NCBI GenBank assembly: GCA_029262455.1
Contig: JAJCZJ010000105.1
Location: forward strand, 4,885-68,884
Direction: 5' to 3'
Source: Deltaproteobacteria bacterium
Lineage (GTDB): Bacteria; Desulfobacterota; Binatia; HRBIN30; CADEER01
DNA: 64,000 nucleotides
The notes beneath the pieces were generated by a model. The model was not told the DNA's origin and searched no databases. It saw nothing but the letters and a program-made list of their open reading frames with translations. Both the position numbers and the translations under genes were made by a program. Shown piece by piece: positions 27,617-38,089 of this stretch. Numbering within the stretch: the first letter of the stretch is position 1; the number at the start of each line of letters is the position of its first letter.

Positions 27617-28318
27617 ATGAGAGGGCTACAACTGTATAGTGTCTCGGACTGGGGATGGGTGGCGAGACTGTCCACTGCACTTTCCCTGGTCGTCGCAGCG
27701 TTGCTCTTTTCCGGTGGGCTGAGCCCAGCGGTGGCAGAGGGTAGCGGGCTCGGCCATCAGGCGGGCCTGCCGTCGCTGATCCGGGTTCAGGACGATGTCC
27801 CCGTCGAAAAGCGCTTTCAGGTGGCGCTCAAGGGCCTCTATAAGGATGTGCGTCGGTCGTTTAAACGATCCCGCTACTTCGTTTTCAATAGCCCGACGTG
27901 GTGGTGGCGCAGGGCTAAGCGCAGCGTTTTTCCGATCGTGTTTGCGCTTGGAGCGTTGCTATTCGATGCGTCGTTGTTGGCGGCCTGGAAGAACGACGGC
28001 ATGCGGGTGTTGACCGCTTATATTCCGATGATGGTCTACGTGTACGGTCGGCTATTTTTTTCGAGTCGAGCGAGCGTAGTCGCCCGTGTCGCTGTGGTGC
28101 TCGCCATTGTTTACGGCGTTTGGCGTCACGATCTGATACGCGATGGACGATGGTCTTCCCTCGGGATCCATCGCCTCGACGACTTTCTTATTATCGTCGC
28201 CGCGGTCAGGTTCTTCGTATACTCCTGCTCTGAGGAGCTTGTGCAGGCTTACGCAGGTCGAGCCATCGAACTCCGCAATAGAGTCCTCAACGCTACCGGA
28301 AGCCAGGCGGCCGGCTGA
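27617..28318 (+). CDS. Membrane protein with a DUF1232/YkvA-like C-terminal motif
   Basis: Several TM segments; LAIVY...DLIRD...LG..RLDDFLII resembles the DUF1232 motif. Start uncertain. Confidence 0.55.
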   Translation: MRGLQLYSVSDWGWVARLSTALSLVVAALLFSGGLSPAVAEGSGLGHQAGLPSLIRVQDDVPVEKRFQVALKGLYKDVRRSFKRSRYFVFNSPTWWWRRAKRSVFPIVFALGALLFDASLLAAWKNDGMRVLTAYIPMMVYVYGRLFFSSRASVVARVAVVLAIVYGVWRHDLIRDGRWSSLGIHRLDDFLIIVAAVRFFVYSCSEELVQAYAGRAIELRNRVLNATGSQAAG

Positions 28319-28323
28319 CGCGC

Positions 28324-28791
28324 TTATAAGTCGCCGATCGTGCCGTCCATCGCCCGTTTAGGAAGCGCTCGGGCTTCGTTCCCCTGCGGGCGAATTTCCT
28401 CTTTTTCGAGGTTTACCCGCCACAAGGCGACACGTGTTGTCTGATTCTCTTTCCATTGAAGCTCGACTTCGAACTCGGGCCCATTCTTTTGTCTCGCATC
28501 CCAGCTGAATTCGCCGACGTAGGCGCGCTCACCGGCTTCGGTTTTCAAGTCCCGGACCTTCAGGGAATATCCCTTGAGCATATCGCCCAAAGTGAGACCG
28601 CCGCCTTCTGGGGGTTTCGAGTCACGAACGACGGCAGCAGCTTCCGGTTCCTTGCCATTCCAGATCTCGCCAGAGCGGATTTGGTTGATGACCAGGTAGG
28701 CAAACCCTGCCATGAAGAGCAGAAGCCCTCCCCATCCAATGAGTGCTCCAATAGCCGAACCTTGCTTCTTCTCGCCTTCGGACATTGCCAT
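28324..28791 (-). CDS. Hypothetical single-TM protein
   Basis: One N-terminal TM helix followed by a soluble domain. Confidence 0.6.
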   Translation of the reverse strand: MAMSEGEKKQGSAIGALIGWGGLLLFMAGFAYLVINQIRSGEIWNGKEPEAAAVVRDSKPPEGGGLTLGDMLKGYSLKVRDLKTEAGERAYVGEFSWDARQKNGPEFEVELQWKENQTTRVALWRVNLEKEEIRPQGNEARALPKRAMDGTIGDL

Positions 28792-28883
28792 CCCCTTCGA
28801 CACAATCGTTATTGAGCCTAACGCAAAGACCCAATCTCTACCGAACAGCGTTTGTCATCGCAAGCTGGCCGATGGATCCTCGA

Positions 28884-29621
28884 CTATCCGCGGCCTGGTT
28901 TGAGGCGCTGATTGCGCTCGCGATTTTGGCCGCGCCACGAGGACAGACTTTTCGCGCCCTCAGAGGACAGCAGGTCCCAAAGGACCCCTCTGGGCCTGGG
29001 ATATAGGCTGGGAGCCGCTATGACGTTGTCCGGGGTGACCGCGAAATCGACCGGCACATCGTGTGCTCGCATCGGGATTCGTTCGTCGATGACCTGGACA
29101 GAGTGGACGGTCGTGACGACTGGAGTGTATTCGCGAATCTTGCCGAGGTGTCGCAAGAGTCCATATTCGAGGTCGAAGCGGCCGCCGCCGCGGCCCAACA
29201 TTGCGCCTTGGCGGTTCACTGCCAGAGCGCCTGTGATCACCAGGTCGAGGGATGGCAGTTGCTCTGCGGTGACGAGACGACCGTAGCGGACCGCGTTTCT
29301 CAAGCTGACGGCTCGCCACGCGTGCGACCCCAGCCGCGCCGGGTCGACCTCGAGGAAACTCGGCTCGGAGTGCTGGTTTCCGATGGGTAGGTAGAGTGTC
29401 TTCCCCTCGGCGATCGCGGCGCGCCGCAACCAAACCTGGGGGGCGCTGACTTCACACTTGATGGCCCGAGCGCGGCGCCAGATGGTCAACCTCCTGAGGA
29501 GGGCGGCGGCGTTCTCGGCGCCCCGAAAGTTGGGTACACTTCGGCCCTCGGACGGGAAGCGTGCGAGGCCCCCGCGTTCGAGTCGCTCTATCGCGCGACG
29601 ACGGATTGTATCCTTGCTCAT
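28884..29621 (-). CDS. 5-formyltetrahydrofolate cyclo-ligase family protein (MTHFSD/archaeal-like subtype)
   Basis: VPNFRGAENAA, LDLVITGALAV, LGRGGGRFDLEY, TTVHSVQV, HDVPVD. Confidence 0.82.
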   Translation of the reverse strand: MSKDTIRRRAIERLERGGLARFPSEGRSVPNFRGAENAAALLRRLTIWRRARAIKCEVSAPQVWLRRAAIAEGKTLYLPIGNQHSEPSFLEVDPARLGSHAWRAVSLRNAVRYGRLVTAEQLPSLDLVITGALAVNRQGAMLGRGGGRFDLEYGLLRHLGKIREYTPVVTTVHSVQVIDERIPMRAHDVPVDFAVTPDNVIAAPSLYPRPRGVLWDLLSSEGAKSLSSWRGQNRERNQRLKPGRG

Positions 29622-29741
29622 GAACGAGTTTTCGAGTTGCTGAAGCCGAGAGACGGTCAATCACATCCCGTCCTCGCCCTGCCAGCTACTACACGGTCGT
29701 AAGTCGAGTCAAATCTCCCTTGGTCTTGACAGAGCTCCGAT

Positions 29742-30632
29742 TCATCGAGTCGCCATTCTGCGGGCGAAGATGACGAATCCGGTGTGGGCTACCATCCGGT
29801 GCTCGGGCCGAACGCTCATGCCCTCGACGTGCCAATCGCGCACCAGACTCTCCATGGCCTGAATAGCGCCGAAGCCCGCTGTACGGGCTTGATCGACGAA
29901 CTGTTTGATTTGCAAGACGGTCGGCACGTAGGCGACGAGAACAGCGCCGGGACGGAGGGTTCGCCATGCTTCAGGCAGGAGACGCCAAGGCTCCGGGAGG
30001 TCGATGACGATGCGGTCGAGGTCGGTTTCCTCAATTCCGTCGGCGATGTCGGCTCGCTTGAGCGTCCACTGTGGCGCGGGGCCGAAAAACCGTTCGACGT
30101 TCCCCCGGGCCATCTCGGCGAAGTCCTCGCGCAGCTCGTAAGAGTATAGATGGCCGTCGGGCCCGACAGCGCGCAGTAGAGCCATTGTGAGGGCTGCCGG
30201 TCCGGTGCCGACCTCGAGGACACGGGCACCCGGGTAGATGTCGCCCCAAAGCAGGATCAGCCCGACGTCTTTTGGATAGATCACTTGCGCCTTGCGCGGT
30301 AGGTGAGGGATCAAGCGCGCGTAGGTCGGCCTGAGGACGAGGAACTTTTCGCCGCCTGAATTCTCGATTACGCTGCAGTCCGGAAGCCCGATGATATCGT
30401 CCATCGCCAGATTGCCGCTGCGCAGATGAATGCTGGAGCCTGGCTTTAGGGCTCTCAGGTATTCGCGATCCTTGCGGTCGATGAGCAGTACGTCATCGCC
30501 GGCCTGGAGGCGCGCCCGGTCGGAAATCTCGGCACTATCTTCCAGGCTTGGTACGGTCTCGGGAGCTGGCACGACCGAGGCGTCGTCGCCGGGTGTTGTT
30601 TCACTGGGAGTCTCTTCTTCCGCGTCGCTCAT
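29742..30632 (-). CDS. trmI: tRNA (adenine58-N1)-methyltransferase
   Basis: PRKAQVIYPKD, VLEVGTG, YELREDF, DLPEPW, VRPEHRMVAHTGF. Confidence 0.93.
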   Translation of the reverse strand: MSDAEEETPSETTPGDDASVVPAPETVPSLEDSAEISDRARLQAGDDVLLIDRKDREYLRALKPGSSIHLRSGNLAMDDIIGLPDCSVIENSGGEKFLVLRPTYARLIPHLPRKAQVIYPKDVGLILLWGDIYPGARVLEVGTGPAALTMALLRAVGPDGHLYSYELREDFAEMARGNVERFFGPAPQWTLKRADIADGIEETDLDRIVIDLPEPWRLLPEAWRTLRPGAVLVAYVPTVLQIKQFVDQARTAGFGAIQAMESLVRDWHVEGMSVRPEHRMVAHTGFVIFARRMATR

Positions 30633-31558
30633 TCTGAACGAGCCCGATCAGCGTAGCGGGCTCGTTTGGTTTGCACTTCACGCACCAGGCGGCAGCGCGA
30701 ACACCGCTCGGTGAAACTCGGCATCCCGCACCCCTCGCAGGTCAGAGGCGGGCGGTTGGCTTCACTTTGCATCATCGGGCGGGCCCTTTCGAGAAAATCT
30801 TGGACGAATGACAGTTTGGTGCCGGGACTAGCGGCTTCCAACTGATTCATCACCTCTTTGTGTTTGAGCTGAGTCGCTCCGGCGCTGTTGGGGCACTCGT
30901 CTAGGATGTAGTCGATCTTGCGAAAAAAGCAGTAGGCGGCGCTCTCGAACTCCGTCGTGCGGTAAAGTGGTTTGACCTTGCGAACGAAACGTTCGTGCGT
31001 TGGCTCGAGGACTGGCTTCTGGCGCGCCAGGTAGTCCATTTGCCAGTGCAGGACGTTGCCCAAGAGTCGTGCGGCTTCGTCGTCGAGGTTGTGACCGGTT
31101 GCCACGACCGGAAATCCGCGATCGATCGCCAGCTTGTCGAAGTAGTGGCGCTTGAGGGTCCCGCAGGCTGAACAGGCTGGGCGGTTCGTAAACGCCGTTG
31201 CGTCGTCGACGGCCAGCCCTTCCTCGCGCAGCGAAATATTGAGGAGAGGGAGATTCCTGGCTTCGGCAAATGCCACGGCTAGTTCGGTCGATTGATCGGA
31301 ATAATCCCCGATTCCGAGCGAAAGGTGTAGTCCCGTGGTCTGGTAGCCGAGTTCGATTAGGATGTCCCATAGCGCTAGACTGTCTTTACCACCGGACACG
31401 GCCACGAGAATGTGTTCGTCGAGACTGAACATCTTCTGCTTGCGGATGCTGCGGCGCACGTGCTTTTGCAAGAGCGGTACAAAGCAGGTGCGACAAAAGG
31501 CAGCGTTGTGTTGGCGCAGTTTGATCTCGGCACGTTCACCGCAGCGATTGCACTTCAT
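30629..31558 (-). CDS. ttuA: tRNA 2-thiouridine(54) sulfurtransferase TtuA / TIGR00269 family
   Basis: N-terminal Zn finger CNRC/CRTC, PP-loop SGGKDS, CSAC, GHNLDDEA, ECP, C-terminal CEGC/CSRC. Confidence 0.88.
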   Translation of the reverse strand: MKCNRCGERAEIKLRQHNAAFCRTCFVPLLQKHVRRSIRKQKMFSLDEHILVAVSGGKDSLALWDILIELGYQTTGLHLSLGIGDYSDQSTELAVAFAEARNLPLLNISLREEGLAVDDATAFTNRPACSACGTLKRHYFDKLAIDRGFPVVATGHNLDDEAARLLGNVLHWQMDYLARQKPVLEPTHERFVRKVKPLYRTTEFESAAYCFFRKIDYILDECPNSAGATQLKHKEVMNQLEAASPGTKLSFVQDFLERARPMMQSEANRPPLTCEGCGMPSFTERCSRCRLVREVQTKRARYADRARSE

Positions 31559-31576
31559 CGATGGTCCCGAACCCTC

Positions 31577-31774
31577 TCAGATTCCGCCCGAAATGACCGA
31601 GCGAATTTCGATCTCGTCGTCCGCTTCGATCATTTCACCTTCCGGGATAAGTTCGTCTCCGCGGATCACCATGGCCGTGCCAGGCAGGTACCCGAGATCG
31701 CGCAGCACATTCGAGACGAGCCGCCGACCCGACAGCTCGACAGTCTTTCTTTCCGGAAGGATCGTGATTCGCAT
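31577..31774 (-). CDS. ttuB: Ubiquitin-like sulfur carrier TtuB (ThiS/MoaD family)
   Basis: 65 aa, ends EIRSVISGGI, directly upstream of ttuA. Confidence 0.82.
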   Translation of the reverse strand: MRITILPERKTVELSGRRLVSNVLRDLGYLPGTAMVIRGDELIPEGEMIEADDEIEIRSVISGGI

Positions 31775-31895
31775 CGAGCCGTGGGAGAATATGGGCTGAT
31801 AGGGGTGCTGTCAATTCACAGCTCGGGAACTGCTGTTGACTCTCGGAGGGGGCTCCAGTAGCGAGCTAACATTGTGATTAGCGTGAGGAATCGAC

Positions 31896-33401
31896 GTGGA
31901 GGGTGACGAAACAGAGGGGCGCCGGCAAAAGCTCCAAGCGATGCGCGATGCAGGAGTGAATCCGTATCCGAACGATTTTCGCCCAGAGCACACCACGCGC
32001 GAAGTCAAAACCGATCTCGGTGAGGCCGACGCCGCCGCGCTCGAGGCGTTCGAAGGCGTCTTCTGCTTGGCTGGGCGCATCGTGTCTCGGCGCGACTTTG
32101 GCAAAGCTTCCTTCTTGCACTTGCAGGACCGCAGTGGCCGGCTCCAAGTCTACGTCAAACGCAACATCGTGGGGGACGAGGCCTTCGCCGCGTTCAAGCA
32201 ATGGGATCTAGGAGATTTCCTCGGAGTGCGCGGTCGGCCGTTTCTCACCAAGACGGGTGAATTGACGATCGAAGCGAGTGAGGTCCACTTGCTCGGTAAG
32301 GCGCTGCGACCACTCCCCGAGAAGTGGCATGGGCTCACCGATGTCGAGGCCCGCTACCGCCAGCGCTATCTCGATACGGTTACGAGTGAAGAAGTTCGTG
32401 AGACTTTTCGCAAGCGGTCGCGCATCATCCAGGCGATACGAGAGTTCTTCATTTCTCGCGACTACTTCGAGGCGGAAACGCCGATGATGCAGGCCGTGGC
32501 GGGCGGCGCGGCAGCGCGTCCGTTCGTCACGCATCACAATGCGCTCGATATTGATCTCTACTTGCGAATTGCGCCCGAGCTTTACCTCAAGCGCCTCTTG
32601 GTCGGTGGTTTCGATCGTGTCTTCGAACTCAGTCGGGTGTTTCGCAACGAGGGGGTTTCGACGCGCCACAACCCGGAGTTTACGTTGGTCGAGTTCTATC
32701 AGGCCTACGCGACCTATCGTGACATGATGGATCTGACCGAGGAATTGTTCGTCGAACTCGCGGACTCGATCGTCGGCTCGCGCACGATGAGCTGGGCGGA
32801 GCACGCCCTTGATTTGACTCCGCCGTGGCGACGCGTGTCGATCCCGGAACACGTTGCGGAAAAGATGGGCCTGGATATCGATGCGGTCCGCGGGCTCGAC
32901 TACGAGCTGTTGCGCAAAGCCGGCGACGAAGTGGGTGGTCCGCTGCGGCAGGACTACCGCGCAAAGTATGGTGAAGCCGCCGCCGGGTATTTGTTGATGG
33001 ATCTTTTCGAGACGATCGCCGAAGAAGAGTTGATCCAGCCCACTTTTGTCGAGGAGTATCCTGTGGCGGTTTCGCCTCTGGCTCGTCGCAACCAGGAATC
33101 GCCGAACTTTGTCGACCGATTTGAGCTGTTCATCGGAGCGAAGGAAATGGCGAATGCATTTTCTGAGCTCAACGACCCGGTGGATCAGCGGCAGCGCTTG
33201 GAAGCTCAGTTGCAACACCGAGCCGCGGGCGATGACGAAGCCCACGCCATGGACGAGGATTTTCTGCGCGCCCTCGAGCATGGCATGCCGCCGGCTGCGG
33301 GTGAGGGAATCGGGATCGATCGCTTGGTGATGATGCTGACAGATTCTGCTTCGATTCGTGACGTAATCCTGTTTCCACACATGCGTCCGGACAAGCCGTA
33401 G
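31896..33401 (+). CDS. lysS: Lysyl-tRNA synthetase (class II)
   Basis: RPLPEKWHGL, YRQRYLD, GGAAARPF, YLRIAPELYLK, FRNEG, HGMPP..GEGIGIDRL. Confidence 0.98.
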   Translation: MEGDETEGRRQKLQAMRDAGVNPYPNDFRPEHTTREVKTDLGEADAAALEAFEGVFCLAGRIVSRRDFGKASFLHLQDRSGRLQVYVKRNIVGDEAFAAFKQWDLGDFLGVRGRPFLTKTGELTIEASEVHLLGKALRPLPEKWHGLTDVEARYRQRYLDTVTSEEVRETFRKRSRIIQAIREFFISRDYFEAETPMMQAVAGGAAARPFVTHHNALDIDLYLRIAPELYLKRLLVGGFDRVFELSRVFRNEGVSTRHNPEFTLVEFYQAYATYRDMMDLTEELFVELADSIVGSRTMSWAEHALDLTPPWRRVSIPEHVAEKMGLDIDAVRGLDYELLRKAGDEVGGPLRQDYRAKYGEAAAGYLLMDLFETIAEEELIQPTFVEEYPVAVSPLARRNQESPNFVDRFELFIGAKEMANAFSELNDPVDQRQRLEAQLQHRAAGDDEAHAMDEDFLRALEHGMPPAAGEGIGIDRLVMMLTDSASIRDVILFPHMRPDKP

Positions 33402-33431
33402 CCTTCGCGTGTCGCGACACCCAAAGGCGTC

Positions 33432-34679
33432 TTGAGCTTTCCGCTGTTCATCGGCCTGCGTTACCTGCGGGCGCGCAAGCGAGAAGCGTTCCTGTCCCTG
33501 ATCGGCGTCATCGCCACCGTGGGGATCGCTCTGGGCGTGATGACCCTCGATGTCGTGCTGAGCGTGATGAGTGGATTCGAGCGGGATCTGCGCGATCGTA
33601 TCCTTGGTTTGACTCCGCACGTGACCGTCGAGTCGCCGTCGGGTTCCTTTGTGCCATCGCCAGGACTAGTGGAGCGATTGCGAGCCGTGCGGGGCGTCTC
33701 CGCGGCCTCGCCGTACGTGGTCGGGCAGGTCGTCTTGTCGTCGGGCGACGAGCTTGCGGGAGTCGAATTGCGTGGTGTTTCGGGCCAGGGCGGTGCGACA
33801 GATCTTGCACGACACGTTGTCGGTGGCGATCTCGCGGAGATCGAGGAGCGCCACGCCTTGGGGGGGGATGACGCGTCGGCAGTGCTCTTGTCGGGGATCG
33901 TGCTCGGCCGCGATGTTGCTCGAAGGCTGCGGGTGGGTCGAGGAGACCCGGTAACGGTCGTCTCGCCTCAGGGAATGCCGACCGCGGTCGGGCTCGTTCC
34001 GCGGGTGAAGCGGTTTGTTGTGGTTGGCGTGTTTCGATCTGGGATGTCGGAATACGACGGGTCGCGGGCGTTTGTCTCGCTCGATCAGGGGCGCCGCTTT
34101 TTTCGTCTCGGGGCCCGGGTAAATGGCGTCGAGGTCCGGGCCGACGAGGCCGATGAAGCAGACGTGATCGCTAAGCTCCTGGCGCCGCTGTTGGATATCG
34201 GCCTGACGACAACTGATTGGAAGCTGAGCAATCGGACTCTGTTTTCGGCTCTGCAACTGGAAAAGACGGTGTACTTTATCGTGCTCCTTCTGATCGTCCT
34301 GGTCGCGGCCTTCAATATCGTTGCGACGTTGATTATGGTTGTGATGAACAAGCGCAAGGATATCGCGGTCCTCAAGTCGATGGGTGCTCGCAACGCGGAC
34401 ATCGCCAAGATTTTTCTCTGGAGTGGTCTGTCGATCGGCGTCGTTGGCGCGACGACGGGATCTCTGCTTGGGTGGATCCTGTGTTGGGCGCTGCAACGCT
34501 TTGAGTTCGTCCAGCTGCCTCCGGATGTATTTTACGTGTCGACGCTTCCCGTGGAGATTTACCCGCAGTATTTCTTGGGCGTGTTGCTCATGGCGCTGCT
34601 GATTTGCTCGTTGGCTAGCGCCTACCCGGCCAGCAAGGCAGCGCGCATCATCCCGGTCGACGTATTGCGCTATGAGTGA
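33432..34679 (+). CDS. lolE: Lipoprotein-releasing ABC transporter permease LolC/E
   Basis: IGLRYLRA, VLSVMSGF, LEK...LIVLVAAFNI, DIAVLKSMGA, LRYE; next to lolD. Confidence 0.9.
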   Translation: MSFPLFIGLRYLRARKREAFLSLIGVIATVGIALGVMTLDVVLSVMSGFERDLRDRILGLTPHVTVESPSGSFVPSPGLVERLRAVRGVSAASPYVVGQVVLSSGDELAGVELRGVSGQGGATDLARHVVGGDLAEIEERHALGGDDASAVLLSGIVLGRDVARRLRVGRGDPVTVVSPQGMPTAVGLVPRVKRFVVVGVFRSGMSEYDGSRAFVSLDQGRRFFRLGARVNGVEVRADEADEADVIAKLLAPLLDIGLTTTDWKLSNRTLFSALQLEKTVYFIVLLLIVLVAAFNIVATLIMVVMNKRKDIAVLKSMGARNADIAKIFLWSGLSIGVVGATTGSLLGWILCWALQRFEFVQLPPDVFYVSTLPVEIYPQYFLGVLLMALLICSLASAYPASKAARIIPVDVLRYE

Positions 34680-35343
34680 CCTGATTCGCGCCGAGGCGCT
34701 CTCTAAGGAGTATGGTGATGCGCGGCGGCGCGTTACTGTATTCGAGAATCTGTCTTTTCGAGTCGCCCGTGGCGAGAAGCTCATCATCGTAGGGCAGTCG
34801 GGGGTGGGCAAGAGCACGTTGCTGCACGTGTTGGGGGCGCTCGACCGCCCAACTTCCGGTAAGATTTGGTTCGACGAGACCCCGCTCGATGAGCTGAACG
34901 AGGCGCAGCTCGCAGAGTTTCGCAACCGCCAGATCGGGTTCGTCTTCCAATTTCACCATCTCTTGCCGGATTTTACGGCGTTGGAGAACGTGATGATGCC
35001 GTGCCTGATCGGTGGCGCGGGGCGCGACCAGGCGGCCGAGAAGGCCCGGCGCATTCTCTCTGAGGTCGGCCTGGATGCTCGTCTGGAGCACAAACCGGGG
35101 GAATTGTCGGGCGGTGAACAGCAGAGGGTGGCGATAGCGCGTGCGGTGGTTCTCGAGCCGCGTGCACTCCTCGCCGATGAGCCGACTGGTAACCTCGATC
35201 CTGAGACCGCCGAAGGTGTCCATCAACTCCTGGAGGATCTCAACCAACGACTGGGTCTCACCCTGGTCATAGTGACGCACAACGACCGGCTTGCGGCCCT
35301 AGCCGACCGTACTCTTCGCCTAGATCGTGGAGCACTGGTTTGA
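34672..35343 (+). CDS. lolD: Lipoprotein-releasing ABC ATPase
   Basis: [45 protein letters not shown]. Confidence 0.93.
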   Translation: MSDLIRAEALSKEYGDARRRVTVFENLSFRVARGEKLIIVGQSGVGKSTLLHVLGALDRPTSGKIWFDETPLDELNEAQLAEFRNRQIGFVFQFHHLLPDFTALENVMMPCLIGGAGRDQAAEKARRILSEVGLDARLEHKPGELSGGEQQRVAIARAVVLEPRALLADEPTGNLDPETAEGVHQLLEDLNQRLGLTLVIVTHNDRLAALADRTLRLDRGALV

Positions 35344-35433
35344 GCGGGAACTGGGCGGTCGTTCGGCGCAAGTTGGGGTGCGGGGTTGGTCCCGATCGGT
35401 TGCTCTGGTAGTGACGGTTGTTTGCCCCTTCTC

Positions 35434-37860
35434 ATGCCGCAAACGATTTCAATAGCGCTGGCCCTCGTATTGGCCTGTGTTCTCTCGGCTCGGCCAGGGA
35501 TGGCCCAGCTACCGGGGCCAGATTTGGCGGTCGGCGCGGATCGGGTTGCCGAGCCGGTTGATATCGGGTTGGTCGCAATCGAGGGAAATCGACGTGTCGA
35601 CGAGAGTGCGATCCGCGTCCGCTTGAAGATGCTACCCGGCGCCAAGTTCGATGAGAAGGTCGTCGACGACGATATCCGGTCGCTCTTCGAGATGGGATTC
35701 TTTCGCAACATCACCGCTTCTCTCGAGGGCAGTGGAGTGCAGTGGGTGCTGACGTATTTGGTCGAGGAGCGTCCCTTTGTGCGCTCCATCGAGGTCGTCG
35801 GTGAAGATGAGATCGACGAAGAAGAGATCCAGGGCATGATTCGAGTTCGCCCCAACACGATCCTGGACCCGGAGAAGGCCCGCGCGGGAATCTCGGAAAT
35901 CAAGAAAGCTTACGAGAAAAAGGGCTACCTCGATGCCGAGGTCGAGTACGAGACCGCGCCGGTAGGGGAAGACGAAGTCGCGGTCACCTTCCGCATCGAA
36001 GAAGGCGATCCGGTGCGCATCGAGGAACTCCGCCTCGAGGGCAATGAGGGGATAAGCGATCGCACCTTGAGGAGCATTCTCGCGACGACAGAGAGCGGCT
36101 GGTTTTCGTTTATTACAGGCGCCGGAAACCTCGACCGCGAAGTGCTGCAGACCGATGCCGAGCGCTTGACTGCGTACTACTACGAAAACGGTTACATCGA
36201 TGTGCGTGTCGACGAGCCCCAGATCGAGCGAACCTCGGAGGGCCTCGAGGTAACGTTCCGAATCGAGGAGGGTGAGGTCTACCGCTTCGGCGAGGTGAGT
36301 GTCCTCGGGGAGACGCTCGAGGGGCTGGAGACGGCGGATCTGGACCTTGCCAGTGACAGTGGAGATATCTTTCGGCCGAGTAAGTTGCGCGAAGACATGA
36401 ACGTTGTGACGGAGCTCTACGGAGACCGCGGATATGCGTTTGTCAATGTTACGCCCGACACACGGATCGACGCCGCCGCCAAGACCGTGGACTTGGGCTT
36501 TCGTGTCGTGCGCGGTCCGGAGGTCTTCATCGATCGGATCGAAGTGACGGGTAACACCAAGACCCGCGACAACGTGGTCCGGCGCGAGATGGAACTTATC
36601 GAGCAGGAGCGATTTTCGGGGGCCAGGTTGCGACGGTCGCAGGAGCGGATCCAACGGCTCGGTTTTTTCCAGGACGTCAACATTACGACGCGAAAAGCCG
36701 ACCGCGACGATCGACTCGACGTGCTGGTGGACGTGCGCGAAGGGAACACGGGGACCTTTTCGGCCGGCGCCGGTATCAGCTCTGGCAACCAGTTTCTGTT
36801 TAACGTCAGTCTTTCCGAGATCAACCTGTTCGGCCGCGGTCAGCGTCTGCTTCTGCAGCTAGACTTGGGTACGATCCGTCGCAACCTTACCCTGAGCCTG
36901 ACCGAGCCTTACTTTCTCGACACGGAACTCAGCGTTGGCTTGGACGTATTCAATTGGCAACTCGAGTTTGACGAGTTTACGCGCGGCGGCACCGGCGGTG
37001 GGATCCGCTTGCTTTATCCGTTCCGCGCTCTCGGAATTGAGGATTTGAAGCTCGGACCGGTGACGATTCCCTTGATCGATACGAGGATGGGTCTCGAGTA
37101 TCGTATCGAGCAGGCCGATATCTCTGGAGTCAGCGCGCGGCGATCGTCGGCCATCAGTTCTGAGCAGGGGACCCGGATCACCAGCGCGATCATTCCGCGA
37201 ATCTTTCGTGATACGCGCAACCATCCGTTCGATCCGACGCGCGGTTCGATGCAGGATCTCTCCGTCGAGATTGCCGGATTGGGCGGCAACACGCGCTTCA
37301 TCAAGGCGGAGACCCGGGCCCGTTGGTATGTTCCCGTCTACAAGCACGATGCGCTCGGCGAGCTGACGTTTTCGACCGGGTGGAATCTCGGTTTTGGCTA
37401 TGGCTACGGCGGCCAGAGAGAGATCCCTCTCTTTGAACGGTATTTTCCGGGCGGCATCAATACCGTGCGCGGGTATCGCATCCGCACCATGGGGCCGCGC
37501 GTGGCTCTGTTCGACCAGTCTCTCGGGCCTGCGAGTACCTGCCCGACCGGGTCTTTGACATGCGGGCGATTCCTCGGCACCGACGTCATCGGCGGAAGTA
37601 GTCAGCTGATTATCAACAACGAGCTGATTTTTCCGCTAGTCAAATCACTTGGCCTAAAAGGCGTGGTGTTTTTCGACGCAGGTAATGCATTTTCGGCAGC
37701 CCAAGGGATCGACTTCAACGAGTTGAGGATGTCGGCAGGTGCTGGGATTCGTTGGCTTTCTCCCATCGGACCGCTTCGAATCGAGATCGGTGTACCGCTC
37801 AACGAACGAGAGAGCGACGACACCCAAACGGTTCAATTTTCGTTCGGTGGAGTGCGCTAA
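35434..37860 (+). CDS. bamA: Outer membrane protein assembly factor BamA
   Basis: Five POTRA repeats, GNTKTRDNVVRRE, VRGY motif, WLSPIGPLR. Confidence 0.96.
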   Translation: MPQTISIALALVLACVLSARPGMAQLPGPDLAVGADRVAEPVDIGLVAIEGNRRVDESAIRVRLKMLPGAKFDEKVVDDDIRSLFEMGFFRNITASLEGSGVQWVLTYLVEERPFVRSIEVVGEDEIDEEEIQGMIRVRPNTILDPEKARAGISEIKKAYEKKGYLDAEVEYETAPVGEDEVAVTFRIEEGDPVRIEELRLEGNEGISDRTLRSILATTESGWFSFITGAGNLDREVLQTDAERLTAYYYENGYIDVRVDEPQIERTSEGLEVTFRIEEGEVYRFGEVSVLGETLEGLETADLDLASDSGDIFRPSKLREDMNVVTELYGDRGYAFVNVTPDTRIDAAAKTVDLGFRVVRGPEVFIDRIEVTGNTKTRDNVVRREMELIEQERFSGARLRRSQERIQRLGFFQDVNITTRKADRDDRLDVLVDVREGNTGTFSAGAGISSGNQFLFNVSLSEINLFGRGQRLLLQLDLGTIRRNLTLSLTEPYFLDTELSVGLDVFNWQLEFDEFTRGGTGGGIRLLYPFRALGIEDLKLGPVTIPLIDTRMGLEYRIEQADISGVSARRSSAISSEQGTRITSAIIPRIFRDTRNHPFDPTRGSMQDLSVEIAGLGGNTRFIKAETRARWYVPVYKHDALGELTFSTGWNLGFGYGYGGQREIPLFERYFPGGINTVRGYRIRTMGPRVALFDQSLGPASTCPTGSLTCGRFLGTDVIGGSSQLIINNELIFPLVKSLGLKGVVFFDAGNAFSAAQGIDFNELRMSAGAGIRWLSPIGPLRIEIGVPLNERESDDTQTVQFSFGGVR

Positions 37861-38089
37861 CAGGCCGCCGATCTCCCCGTCCGCGGCGATGGATCTCTAG
37901 TGGGTTTGGTCACCCCCTGCGGGAGCGCGACGGACGGCTAGGTTGTTTGCCTGTGCAGCGTGAAATCTGTCGCGTTTCTCGCTATGAACAAAGGTTCTAG
38001 GCATCGGGGGTTTGCTCGGTGCTTATGGGGAAAATGCCAATCGAAGTGATACGACGGCGTTGGTCGTCGGTCGGGAGGAACTTAATCAG

